In this document: positions 51,301 to 64,000 of the stretch, piece by piece
Numbering within the stretch: the stretch's first letter is position 1
Layout of the letters: each line of letters begins with the position of its first letter
Source: Eledone cirrhosa
Taxonomy: Eukaryota
Length of the DNA stretch: 64,000 nucleotides
Assembly: GCA_964016885.1 (NCBI GenBank)
Contig: OZ024741.1
Coordinates: forward strand, 26,412,001-26,476,000
Direction of reading: 5' to 3'
Translations under genes and position numbers: made by a program
Notes under the pieces: model-generated
What the model was told of the DNA's origin: nothing
Seen by the model: the letters and a program-made list of their open reading frames with translations, nothing else
The model's database searches: none

Positions 51301-54300
51301 CTTTCACTGTGTATATGATATCCTAGCAATATTGAGGGCAGAGCTCTCCTGTCACTGTGTATATGATATCCCAGCAATATTGAGGACAGAGCTCTCCTGT
51401 CACTGTGTATATTATATCCCAGCAATATTGAAGGCAGAGCTCTCTTCTCACTGTGTATATTTTATCCTAGCAATATTGAGGACAGAGCTCTCTTCTCACT
51501 GTGTATATTATATCCCAGCAATATTGAGGACAGAGCTCTCCTGTCACTGTGTTTATTATATCCCAGCAATATTGAGGACAGAGCTCTCCTGTCACTGTGT
51601 ATATGATATCCCAGCAATATTGAGGACAGAGCTCTCCTGTCACTGTGTATATGATATCCCAGCAATATTGAGGACAGAGCTCTCCTGTCACTGTGTATAT
51701 TATATCCCAGCAATATTGAGGGCAGAACTGCTCCCCTCACTGTGTATATTATATCCCAGCAATATTGAAGGCAGAGCTCTTCTTTCACTGTGTATATTAT
51801 ATCCCAGCAATATTGAGGACAGAGCTCTCCTGTCACTGTGTATATTATATCCCAGCAATATTGAGGACAGAGCTCTCCTGTCACTGTGTATATTATATCC
51901 CAGGAATATTGAGGGCAGAACTGCTCCCCTCACTGTGTATATTATATCCCAGCAATATTGAGGACAGAGCTCTCCTGTCACTGTGTATATTATATCCCAG
52001 CAATATTGAGGGCAGAACTGCTCCCCTCACTGTGTATATTATATCCCAGCAATATTGAAGGCAGAGCTCTTCTTTCACTGTCTATATGATATCCCAGCAA
52101 TATTGAAGGCAGAGCTCTCCTGTCACTGTGTATATTATATCCCAGCAATATTGAAGGCAGAGCTCTCCTGTCACTGTGTATATTATATCCCAGCAATATT
52201 GAAGGCAGAGCTCTCCTCTCACTGTGTATATTATATCCCAGCAATATTGAAGGCAGAGCTCTCCTGTCACTGTGTATATTATATCCCAGCAATATTGAGG
52301 ACAGAGCTCTCCTGTCACTGTGTATATTATATCCCAGCAATATTGAAGGCAGAGCTCTCCTGTCACTGTGTATATTATATCCCAGCAATATTGAAGGCAG
52401 AGCTCTCCTCTCACTGTGTATATTATATCCCAGCAATATTGAAGGCAGAGCTCTCCTCTCACTGTGTATATTATATCCCAGCAATATTGAGGACAGAGCT
52501 CTCCTCTCACTGTGTATATTATATCCCAGCAATATTGAGGACAGAGCTCTCCTCTCACTGTGTATATTATATCCCAGCAATATTGAGGACAGAGCTCTCC
52601 TGTCACTGTGTATATTATATCCCAGCAATATTGAAGGCAGAGCTCTCCTGTCACTGTGTATATTATATCCCAGCAATATTGAAGGCAGAGCTCTCCTGTC
52701 ACTGTGTATATTATATCCCAGCAATATTGAAGGCAGAGCTCTCCTCTCACTGTGTATATTATATCCCAGCAATATTGAAGGCAGAGCTCTCCTCTCACTG
52801 TGTATATTATATCCCAGCAATATTGAAGGCAGAGCTCTCCTGTCACTGTGTATATTATATCCCAGCAATATTGAGGACAGAGCTCTCCTGTCACTGTGTA
52901 TATTATATCCCAGCAATATTGAGGGCAGAGCTCTCCTCTCACTGTGTATATTATATCCCAGCAATATTGAAGGCAGAGCTCTCCTGTCACTGTGTATATT
53001 ATATCCCAGCAATATTGAAGGCAGAGCTCTCCTGTCACTGTGTATATTATATCCCAGCAATATTGAAGGCAGAGCTCTCCTGTCACTGTGTATATTATAT
53101 CCCAGCAATATTGAAGGCAGAGCTCTCCTCTCACTGTGTATATTATATCCCAGCAATATTGAAGGCAGAGCTCTCCTGTCACTGTGTATATTATATCCCA
53201 GCAATATTGAAGGCAGAGCTCTCCTGTCACTGTGTATATTATATCCCAGCAATATTGAGGACAGAGCTCTCCTCTCACTGTGTATATTATATCCCAGCAA
53301 TATTGAGGACAGAGCTCTCTTCTCACTGTGTATATTATATCCCAGCAATATTGAGGACAGAGCTCTCCTCTCACTGTGTATATTATATCCCAGCAATATT
53401 GAGGACAGAGCTCTCCTCTCACTGTGTATATTATATCCCAGCAATATTGAGGTCAGAGCTCTCTTCTCACTGTGTATATTATATCCGAGCAATATTGAGG
53501 GCAGAGCTCTCCTCTCACTGTATATATTATATCCCAGCAATATTGAAGGCAGAGCTCTTCTTTCACTGTGTATATGATATCCTAGCAATATTGAGGGCAG
53601 AGCTCTCCTGTCACTGTGTATATGATATCCCAGCAATATTGAGGACAGAGCTCTCCTGTCACTGTGTATATTATATCCCAGCAATATTGAAGGCAGAGCT
53701 CTCTTCTCACTGTGTATATTTTATCCTAGCAATATTGAGGACAGAGCTCTCTTCTCACTGTGTATATTATATCCCAGCAATATTGAGGACAGAGCTCTCC
53801 TGTCACTGTGTTTATTATATCCCAGCAATATTGAGGACAGAGCTCTCCTGTCACTGTGTATATGATATCCCAGCAATATTGAGGACAGAGCTCTCCTGTC
53901 ACTGTGTATATGATATCCCAGCAATATTGAGGACAGAGCTCTCCTGTCACTGTGTATATTATATCCCAGCAATATTGAGGGCAGAACTGCTCCCCTCACT
54001 GTGTATATTATATCCCAGCAATATTGAAGGCAGAGCTCTTCTTTCACTGTGTATATTATATCCCAGCAATATTGAGGACAGAGCTCTCCTGTCACTGTGT
54101 ATATTATATCCCAGCAATATTGAGGACAGAGCTCTCCTGTCACTGTGTATATTATATCCCAGGAATATTGAGGGCAGAACTGCTCCCCTCACTGTGTATA
54201 TTATATCCCAGCAATATTGAGGACAGAGCTCTCCTCTCACTGTGTATATTATATCCCAGCAATATTGAAGGCAGAGCTCTTCTTTCACTGTGTATATGAT

Positions 54301-57300
54301 ATCCCAGCAATATTGAGGACAGAGCTCTCCTGTCACTGTGTATATTATATCCCAGCAATATTGAGGGCAGAACTGCTCCCCTCACTGTGTATATTATATC
54401 CCAGCAATATTGAAGGCAGAGCTCTTCTTTCACTGTCTATATGATATCCCAGCAATATTGAGGACAGAGCTCTCCTGTCACTGTGTATATTATATCCCAG
54501 CAATATTGAGGGCAGAACTGCTCCCCTCACTGTGTATATTATATCCCAGCAATATTGAAGGCAGAGATCTTCTTTCACTGTGTATATGATATCCCAGCAA
54601 TATTGAGGACAGAGCTCTCCTGTCACTGTGTATATTATATCCCAGCAATATTGAGGGCAGAGCTCTCCTGTCACTGTGTTTATTATATCTCAGCAATATT
54701 GAAGGCAGAGCTCTCCTGTCACTGTGTTTATTATATCCCAGCAATATTGAAGGCAGAGCTCTCCTGTCACTGTGTATATCATATCCCAGCAATATTGAGG
54801 ACAGAGCTCTCCTGTCACTGTTTATTATATCCCAGGAATATTGAAGGCAGAGCTCTCCTGTCACTGTGTATATCATATCCCAGCAATATTGAAGGCAGAG
54901 CTCTCCTCTCACTGTGTATATTATATCCCAGCAATATTGAGGGCAGAGCTCTCCTCTCACTGTGTATATCATATCCCAGCAATATTGAGGACAGAGCTCT
55001 CCTCTCACTGTGTATATTATATCCCAGCAATATTGAGGGCAGAGCTCTCCTGTCACTGTATATCATATCCCAGCAATATTGAAGGCAGAGCTCTCCTGTC
55101 ACTGTGTATATTATATCCCAGCAATATTGAAGGCAGAGCTCTCCTCTCACTGTGTATATTATATCCCAGCAATATTGAGGGCAGAGCTCTCTTCTCACTG
55201 TGTATATTATATCCCAGCAATATTGAGGACAGAGCTCTCCTCTCACTGTGTATATTATATCCCAGCAATATTGAGGGCAGAGCTCTCCTCTCACTGTGTA
55301 TATCATATCCCACAATATTGAGGACAGAGCTCTCCTGTCACTGTGTTTATTATATCCCAGCAATATTGAGGACAGAGCTCTCCTGTCACTGTATATCATA
55401 TCCCACAATATTGAGGACAGAGCTCTCCTGTCACTGTGTATATTATATACCAGCAATATTGAGGGCAGAGCTCTCCTGTCACTGTGTATATCATATCTCA
55501 CAATATTGAGGACAGAGCTCTCCTGTCACTGTGTTTATCATATCCCAGCAATATTGAGGGCACAGCTCTCCTCTCACTGTGTATATTATATCCCAGCAAT
55601 ATTGAAGGCAGAGCTCTCCTCTCACTGTGTATATCATATCCCACAATATTGAGGACAGAGCTCTCCTGTCACTGTGTTTATCATATCCCAGCAATATTGA
55701 GGGCAGAGCTCTCCTGTCACCGTGTATATTATATCCCAGCAATATTGAGGACAGAGCTCTTCTTTCACTGTGTATATGATATCCCAGTAATATTGAGGAC
55801 AGAGCTCTCCTGTCACTGTGTTTATTATATCCCACAATATTGAGGACAGAGCTTTCCTGTCACTGTGTTTATTATATCCCAGCAATATTGAAGGCAGAGC
55901 TCTCCTGTCACTGTGTATATTATATCCCAGCAATATTGAGGGCAGAGCTCTCCTGTCACTGTGTATATTATATCCCAGCAATATTGAAGGCAGAGCTCTC
56001 CTGTCACTGTGTTTATCATATCCCAGCAATATTGAGGACAGAGCTCTCCTGTCACTGTGTATATTATATCCCAGCAATATTGAGGGCAGAGCTCTCCTCT
56101 CACTGTGTATATTATATCCCAGCAATATTGAAGGCAGAGATCTCCTGTCACTGTGTATATGATATCCCAGCAATATTGAGGACAGAGCTCTCCTGTCACT
56201 GTGTATATTATATCCCACAATATTGAGGACAGAGCTCTCCTGTCACTGTGTATATTATATCCCAGTAATATTGAGGGCAGAGCTCTCCTGTCACTGTGTA
56301 TATTATATCTCAGCAATATTGAAGGCAGAGATCTCCTGTCACTGTGTATATTATATCCCAGCAATATTGAGGGCAGAGCTCTCCTGTCACTGTGTATATT
56401 ATATCCCACAATATTGAGGACAGAGCTCTCCTGTCACTGTGTATATTATATCCCAGCAATATTGAGGACAGAGCTCTCCTGTCACTGTGTATATCATATC
56501 CCACAATATTGAGGACAGAGCTCTCCTGTCACTGTGTATATTATATCCCAGTAATATTGAGGGCAGAGCTCTCTTCTCACTGTATATTATATCCCAGCAA
56601 TATTGAGGGCAGAGCTCTCCTCTCACTGTGTATATTATATCCCAGCAATATTGAAGGCAGAGCTCTCCTGTCACTGTGTATATTATATCCCAGCAATATT
56701 GAGGGCAGAGCTCTCCTGTCACTGTGTATATCATATCCCAGCAATATTGAAGGCAGAGCTCTCCTGTCAATGTGTATATTATATCCCACAATATTGAAGG
56801 CAGAGCTCTCCTCTCACTGTGTATATTATATCCCAGCAATATTGAGGACAGAGCTCTCCTCTCACTGTGTATATTATATCCCACAATATTGAAGGCAGAG
56901 CTCTCCTGTCACTGTGTATATCATATCCCAGCAATATTGAGGACAGAGCTCTCCTCTCACTGTGTATATTATATCCCACAATATTGAAGGCAGAGCTCTC
57001 CTGTCACTGTGTATATCATATCCCAGCAATATTGAAGGCAGAGCTCTCCTGTCACTGTGTATATTATATCCCAGCAATATTGAGGGCAGAGCTCTCCTCT
57101 CACTGTGTATATTATATCCCAGCAATATTGAGGACAGAGCTCTCCTCTCACTGTGTATATCATATCCCAGCAATATTGAAGGCAGAGCTCTCCTGTCACT
57201 GTGTATATTATATCCCAGCAATATTGAGGGCAGAGCTCTCCTCTCACTGTGTATATTATATCCCAGCAATATTGAGGACAGAGCTCTCCTCTCACTGTGT

Positions 57301-60300
57301 ATATTATATCCCAGCAATATTGAAGGCAGAGCTCTCCTGTCACTGTGTATATTATATCCCAGCAATATTGAAGGCAGAGCTCTCCTCTCACTGTGTATAT
57401 TATATCCCAGCAATATTGAGGACAGAGCTCTTCTGTCACTGTGTATATGATATCCCAGCAATATTGAGGACAGAGCTCTTCTGTCACTGTGTATATTATA
57501 TCCCAGCAATATTGAGGGCAGAGCTCTCCTCTCACTGTGTATATTATATCCCAGCAATATTGAGGACAGAGCTCTCCTCTCACTGTGTATATTATATCCC
57601 AGCAATATTGAGGACAGAGCTCTCTTCTCACTGTGTATATTATATCCCAGCAATATTGAGGACAGAGCTCTCTTCTCACTGTGTATATTATATCCCAGCA
57701 ATATTGAGGACAGAGCTCTCCTCTCACTGTGTATATTATATCCCAGCAATATTGAGGACAGAGCTCTCCTCTCGCTGTGTATATTATATCCCAGCAATAT
57801 TGAAGGCAGAGCTCTCCTCTCACTGTGTATATTATATCCCAGCAATATTGAGGACAGAGCACTCCTCTCACTGTGTATATTATATCCCAGCAATATTGAG
57901 GACAGAGCTCTCCTCTCACTGTGTATATTATATCCCAGCAATATTGAGGGCAGAGCTCTCCTCTCACTGTGTATATCATATCCCACAATATTGAGGACAG
58001 AGCTCTCCTGTCACTGTGTTTATTATATCCCAGCAATATTGAGGACAGAGCTCTCCTGTCACTGTGTATATCATATCCCACAATATTGAGGACAGAGCTC
58101 TCCTGTCACTGTGTATATTATATACCAGCAATATTGAGGGCAGAGCTCTCCTGTCACTGTGTATATCATATCTCACAATATTGAGGACAGAGCTCTCCTG
58201 TCACTGTGTTTATCATATCCCAGCAATATTGAGGGCACAGCTCTCCTCTCACTGTGTATATTATATCCCAGCAATATTGAAGGCAGAGCTCTCCTCTCAC
58301 TGTGTATATCATATCCCACAATATTGAGGACAGAGCTCTCCTGTCACTGTGTTTATTATATCCCAGCAATATTGAAGGCAGAGCTCTCCTGTCACTGTGT
58401 ATATTATATCCCAGCAATATTGAGGGCAGAGCTCTCCTGTCACTGTGTATATTATATCCCAGCAATATTGAAGGCAGAGCTCTCCTGTCACTGTGTATAT
58501 CATATCCCAGCAATATTGAGGACAGAGCTCTTCTGTCACTGTGTATATTATATCCCAGCAATATTGAGGGCACAGCTCTCCTCTCACTGTGTATATTATA
58601 TCCCAGCAATATTGAAGGCAGAGCTCTCCTCTCACTGTGTATATTATATCCCACAATATTGAGGGCAGAGCTCTCTTGTCACTGTGTATATTATATCCCA
58701 GCAATATTGAAGGCAGAGCTCTCCTGTCACTGTGTATATTATATCCCAGTAATATTGAGGGCAGAGCTCTCCTCTCACTGTGTATATTATATCCCAGCAA
58801 TATTGAAGGCAGAGCTCTCCTGTCACTGTGTATATTATATCCCAGCAATATTGAGGGCAGAGCTCTCCTCTCACTGTGTATATTATATCCCAGCAATATT
58901 GAAGGCAGAGCTTTCCTGTCACTGTGTATATTATATCCCAGCAATATTGAAGGCAGAGCTCTCCTCTCACTGTGTATATTATATCCCAGCAATATTGAGG
59001 GCAGAGCTCTCCTGTCACTGTGTATATGATATCCCAGCAATATTGAGGACAGAGCTCTTCTGTCACTGTGTATATTATATCCCAGCAATATTGAGGGCAG
59101 AGCTCTCCTCTCACTGTGTATATTATATCCCAGCAATATTGAGGACAGAGCTCTCCTCTCACTGTGTATATTATATCCCAGCAATATTGAGGACAGAGCT
59201 CTCCTCTCACTGTGTATATTATATCCCAGCAATATTGAGGACAGAGCTCTCCTGTCACTGTGTATATTATATCCCAGCAATATTGAAGGCAGAGCTCTCC
59301 TGTCACTGTGTATATTATATCCCAGCAATATTGAAGGCAGAGCTCTCCTGTCACTGTGTATATTATATCCCAGCAATATTGAAGGCAGAGCTCTCCTGTC
59401 ACTGTGTATATTATATCCCAGCAATATTGAAGGCAGAGCTCTCCTGTCACTGTGTATATGATATCCCAGCAATATTGAGGACAGAGCTCTCCTGTCACTG
59501 TGTATATTATATCCCAGCAATATTGAGGGCAGAGCTCTCCTCTCACTGTGTATATTATATCCCAGTAATATTGAGGGCAGAGCTCTCCTCTCACTGTGTA
59601 TATTATATCCCAGCAATATTGAAGGCAGAGCTCTCCTGTCACTGTGTATATTATATCCCAGCAATATTGAGGGCAGAGCTCTCCTCTCACTGTGTATATT
59701 ATATCCCAGCAATATTGAAGGCAGAGCTCTCCTGTCACTGTGTATATTATATCCCAGCAATATTGAAGGCAGAGCTCTCCTCTCACTGTGTATATTATAT
59801 CCCAGCAATATTGAGGACAGAGCTCTTCTGTCACTGTGTATATCATATCCCAGCAATATTGAGGACAGAGCTCTCCTGTCACTGTGTATATGATATCCCA
59901 GCAATATTGAGGACAGAGCTCTCCTGTCACTGTGTATATTATATCCCAGCAATATTGAGGACAGAGCTCTCCTCTCACTGTGTATATTATATCCCAGCAA
60001 TATTGAGGACAGAGCTCTCTTCTCACTGTGTATATTATATCCCAGCAATATTGAGGACAGAGCTCTCTTCTCACTGTGTATATTATATCCCAGCAATATT
60101 GAGGACAGAGCTCTCCTCTCACTGTGTATATTATATCCCAGCAATATTGAGGACAGAGCTCTCCTCTCGCTGTGTATATTATATCCCAGCAATATTGAAG
60201 GCAGAGCTCTCCTCTCACTGTGTATATTATATCCCAGCAATATTGAGGACAGAGCTCTCCTCTCACTGTGTATATTATATCCCAGCAATATTGAGGACAG

Positions 60301-63300
60301 AGCTCTCCTCTCACTGTGTATATTATATCCCAGCAATATTGAGGACAGAGCTCTCTTCTCACTGTGTATATTACATCCCAGCAATATTGAGGACAGAGCT
60401 CTCTTCTCACTGTGTATATTATATCCCAGCAATATTGAGGACAGAGCTCTCCTCTCACTGTGTATATTATATCCCAGCAATATTGAAGGCAGAGCTCTCC
60501 TGTCACTGTGTATATTATATCCCAGCAATATTGAGGGCAGAGCTCTCCTCTCACTTTGTATATTATATCCCAGCAATATTGAAGGCAGAGCTCTCCTGTC
60601 ACTGTGTATATTATATCCCAGCAATATTGAAGGCAGAGCTCTCCTCTCACTGTGTATATTATATCCCAGCAATATTGAGGACAGAGCTCTTCTGTCACTG
60701 TGTATATTATATCCCAGCAATATTGAAGGCAGAGCTCTCCTGTCACTGTGTATATTATATCCCAGCAATATTGAAGGCAGAGCTCTCCTGTCACTGTGTA
60801 TATTATATCCCAGCAATATTGAAGGCAGAGCTCTCCTCTCACTGTGTATATTATATCCCAGCAATATTGAAGGCAGAGCTCTCCTGTCACTGTGTATATT
60901 ATATCCCAGCAATATTGAGGACAGAGCTCTCCTGTCACTGTGTATATTATATCCCAGCAATATTGAAGGCAGAGCTCTCCTGTCACTGTGTATATTATAT
61001 CCCAGCAATATTGAAGGCAGAGCTCTCCTCTCACTGTGTATATTATATCCCAGCAATATTGAAGGCAGAGCTCTCCTCTCACTGTGTATATTATATCCCA
61101 GCAATATTGAGGACAGAGCTCTCCTCTCACTGTGTATATTATATCCCAGCAATATTGAGGACAGAGCTCTCCTCTCACTGTGTATATTATATCCCAGCAA
61201 TATTGAGGACAGAGCTCTCCTGTCACTGTGTATATTATATCCCAGCAATATTGAAGGCAGAGCTCTCCTGTCACTGTGTATATTATATCCCAGCAATATT
61301 GAAGGCAGAGCTCTCCTGTCACTGTGTATATTATATCCCAGCAATATTGAAGGCAGAGCTCTCCTCTCACTGTGTATATTATATCCCAGCAATATTGAAG
61401 GCAGAGCTCTCCTGTCACTGTGTATATTATATCCCAGCAATATTGAAGGCAGAGCTCTCCTGTCACTGTGTATATTATATCCCAGCAATATTGAGGACAG
61501 AGCTCTCCTGTCACTGTGTATATTATATCCCAGCAATATTGAGGGCAGAGCTCTCCTCTCACTGTGTATATTATATCCCAGCAATATTGAAGGCAGAGCT
61601 CTCCTGTCACTGTGTATATTATATCCCAGCAATATTGAAGGCAGAGCTCTCCTGTCACTGTGTATATTATATCCCAGCAATATTGAAGGCAGAGCTCTCC
61701 TGTCACTGTGTATATTATATCCCAGCAATATTGAAGGCAGAGCTCTCCTCTCACTGTGTATATTATATCCCAGCAATATTGAAGGCAGAGCTCTCCTGTC
61801 ACTGTGTATATTATATCCCAGCAATATTGAAGGCAGAGCTCTCCTGTCACTGTGTATATTATATCCCAGCAATATTGAGGACAGAGCTCTCCTCTCACTG
61901 TGTATATTATATCCCAGCAATATTGAGGACAGAGCTCTCTTCTCACTGTGTATATTATATCCCAGCAATATTGAGGACAGAGCTCTCCTCTCACTGTGTA
62001 TATTATATCCCAGCAATATTGAGGACAGAGCTCTCCTCTCACTGTGTATATTATATCCCAGCAATATTGAGGTCAGAGCTCTCTTCTCACTGTGTATATT
62101 ATATCCGAGCAATATTGAGGGCAGAGCTCTCCTCTCACTGTATATATTATATCCCAGCAATATTGAAGGCAGAGCTCTTCTTTCACTGTGTATATGATAT
62201 CCTAGCAATATTGAGGGCAGAGCTCTCCTGTCACTGTGTATATGATATCCCAGCAATATTGAGGACAGAGCTCTCCTGTCACTGTGTTTATTATATCCCA
62301 GCAATATTGAGGACAGAGCTCTCCTGTCACTGTGTATATGATATCCCAGCAATATTGAGGACAGAGCTCTCCTGTCACTGTGTATATGATATCCCAGCAA
62401 TATTGAGGACAGAGCTCTCCTGTCACTGTGTATATTATATCCCAGCAATATTGAGGGCAGAACTGCTCCCCTCACTGTGTATATTATATCCCAGCAATAT
62501 TGAAGGCAGAGCTCTTCTTTCACTGTGTATATTATATCCCAGCAATATTGAGGACAGAGCTCTCCTGTCACTGTGTATATTATATCCCAGCAATATTGAG
62601 GACAGAGCTCTCCTGTCACTGTGTATATTATATCCCAGGAATATTGAGGGCAGAACTGCTCCCCTCACTGTGTATATTATATCCCAGCAATATTGAGGAC
62701 AGAGCTCTCCTCTCACTGTGTATATTATATCCCAGCAATATTGAAGGCAGAGCTCTTCTTTCACTGTGTATATGATATCCCAGCAATATTGAGGACAGAG
62801 CTCTCCTGTCACTGTGTATATTATATCCCAGCAATATTGAGGGCAGAACTGCTCCCCTCACTGTGTATATTATATCCCAGCAATATTGAAGGCAGAGCTC
62901 TTCTTTCACTGTCTATATGATATCCCAGCAATATTGAGGACAGAGCTCTCCTGTCACTGTGTATATTATATCCCAGCAATATTGAGGGCAGAACTGCTCC
63001 CCTCACTGTGTATATTATATCCCAGCAATATTGAAGGCAGAGATCTTCTTTCACTGTGTATATGATATCCCAGCAATATTGAGGACAGAGCTCTCCTGTC
63101 ACTGTGTATATTATATCCCAGCAATATTGAGGGCAGAACTGCTCCCCTCACTGTGTATATTATATCCCAGCAATATTGAAGGCAGAGCTCTTCTTTCACT
63201 GTGTATATGATATCCCAGCAATATTGAGGACAGAGCTCTCCTGTCACTGTGTATATTATATCCCAGCAATATTGAGGGCAGAACTGCTCCCCTCACTGTG

Positions 63301-63359
63301 TATATTATATCCTAGCAATATTGAGGGCAGAACTGCTCCCCTCACTGTGTATATTATAT
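24343..63359. repeat. 48-bp intronic satellite, about 39 kb and about 810 units
   Basis: Consensus atatcccagcaatattgaRgRcagagctctcctStcactgtgtatatt, with 46-, 47- and 49-bp variants and no foreign insertions seen. Confidence 0.99.
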
Positions 63360-63677
63360 TTAATATCAGTTAAACTGAGGGTAGTGGGAGTTCTCCCAAT
63401 GTGTTTTATCTTTTTCCTTGTCATATTTCTAATAAAATATTCTGTATTTGAATTAAACCCCAATGAATTTGCAGGCATTTACTAAAATTATTTCAATTAT
63501 TATGATGGTCTTTGTCACATAACAACAAAGATTCTTACATAAAATTATGTTGGTGGAAGATTCCTATTGATGTATGACCCCTTCAAGGGGATGGTTTTGC
63601 TCCACTGAGGTAGAGACATTTTGGAGTCAGGATGGTATTGAAAATGTTAAAGAAATCAATATGAAAGATGTACTCAC

Positions 63678-63805
63678 AACTCTCCAAGACACTCCAGTAG
63701 TATAAGGTTATTCTTATCTTTCTCATGTTCATTTAAAAGTATGTTGATGATAACTTGCATGTTGTAGAGGTTGTGTGGCCAAGATTGGATCAAGTGAAGG
63801 AAACC
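63678..63805 (-). CDS. VPS41: VPS41 internal exon (GFLHLIQSWPHNLYNMQVIINILLNEHEKDKNNLILLECLGEL)
   Basis: Hand translation resembles human VPS41 GFATLIREWPGDLYNNSVIV...LLKTLAEL (recalled); ttccag acceptor, gtgagt donor; 128 nt, ends phase 2. Confidence 0.9.
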
Positions 63806-63845
63806 CTGGAATAAAGGAGAGCAATGTTAGGAATCAAGGCTGGAA

Positions 63846-64000
63846 TCATCGCCATCATCATCATCATTATTATCATTGTCGTCATTTTTACATCCATTTT
63901 TCCACGCTTGCATGGGTTGGACAGGTCCTTTTCAGCACAGCATCTCTCCACTCGCCACATTCCTTCATCATTTCCTCTGCGAGTCTCAGTGATTTGAGAT
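63846..64000 (-). mobile_element. RTE-family 3' end fragment running off the window
   Basis: (CAT)n then catccattttccacgcttgcatgggttggac; continues like 21670-21760. Confidence 0.6.

Noticed and set aside
24343-63359. CRISPR-like array
   Set aside because: Head-to-tail units with no unique spacers, no cas genes, eukaryotic context
24343-63359. Recursive splice sites in the satellite
   Set aside because: The sense strand has cacagtgag/cacagtgac but no AG|GT junction with a polypyrimidine tract
24316-63373. Many long ORFs (up to 1752 aa) on both strands
   Set aside because: They arise because the 48-bp unit is a multiple of 3 and stop-free in several frames; 46-, 47- and 49-bp variants shift frames freely, and the array is intronic

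Overview
AT-rich metazoan genomic DNA; the SINE families, (GAT)n-tailed RTE fragments and (TA)n tracts suggest a cephalopod such as Octopus (inference). The whole window lies inside one minus-strand gene, VPS41 (HOPS subunit). Nine GT-AG exons (63678-63805 down to 348-392) splice in phase and encode the clathrin-repeat region through the start of the RING-H2 finger. One 39,985-bp intron is almost entirely a 48-bp satellite of about 810 units with nested higher-order duplications; this satellite explains nearly all ORFs beyond 24.3 kb. An 11.4-kb intron holds a nested retroelement. A Penelope-like element (RT plus C-terminal GIY-YIG) is bounded by (TA)n tracts and ends with a minimal type I hammerhead ribozyme. 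It is interrupted by an apparently full-length RTE LINE in the opposite orientation, with an intact ORF, a putative TSD and a tandem-repeat 5' UTR. Other introns contain tRNA-derived SINEs, LINE remnants, MITE-like inverted repeats and 30-, 35- and 40-bp minisatellites.
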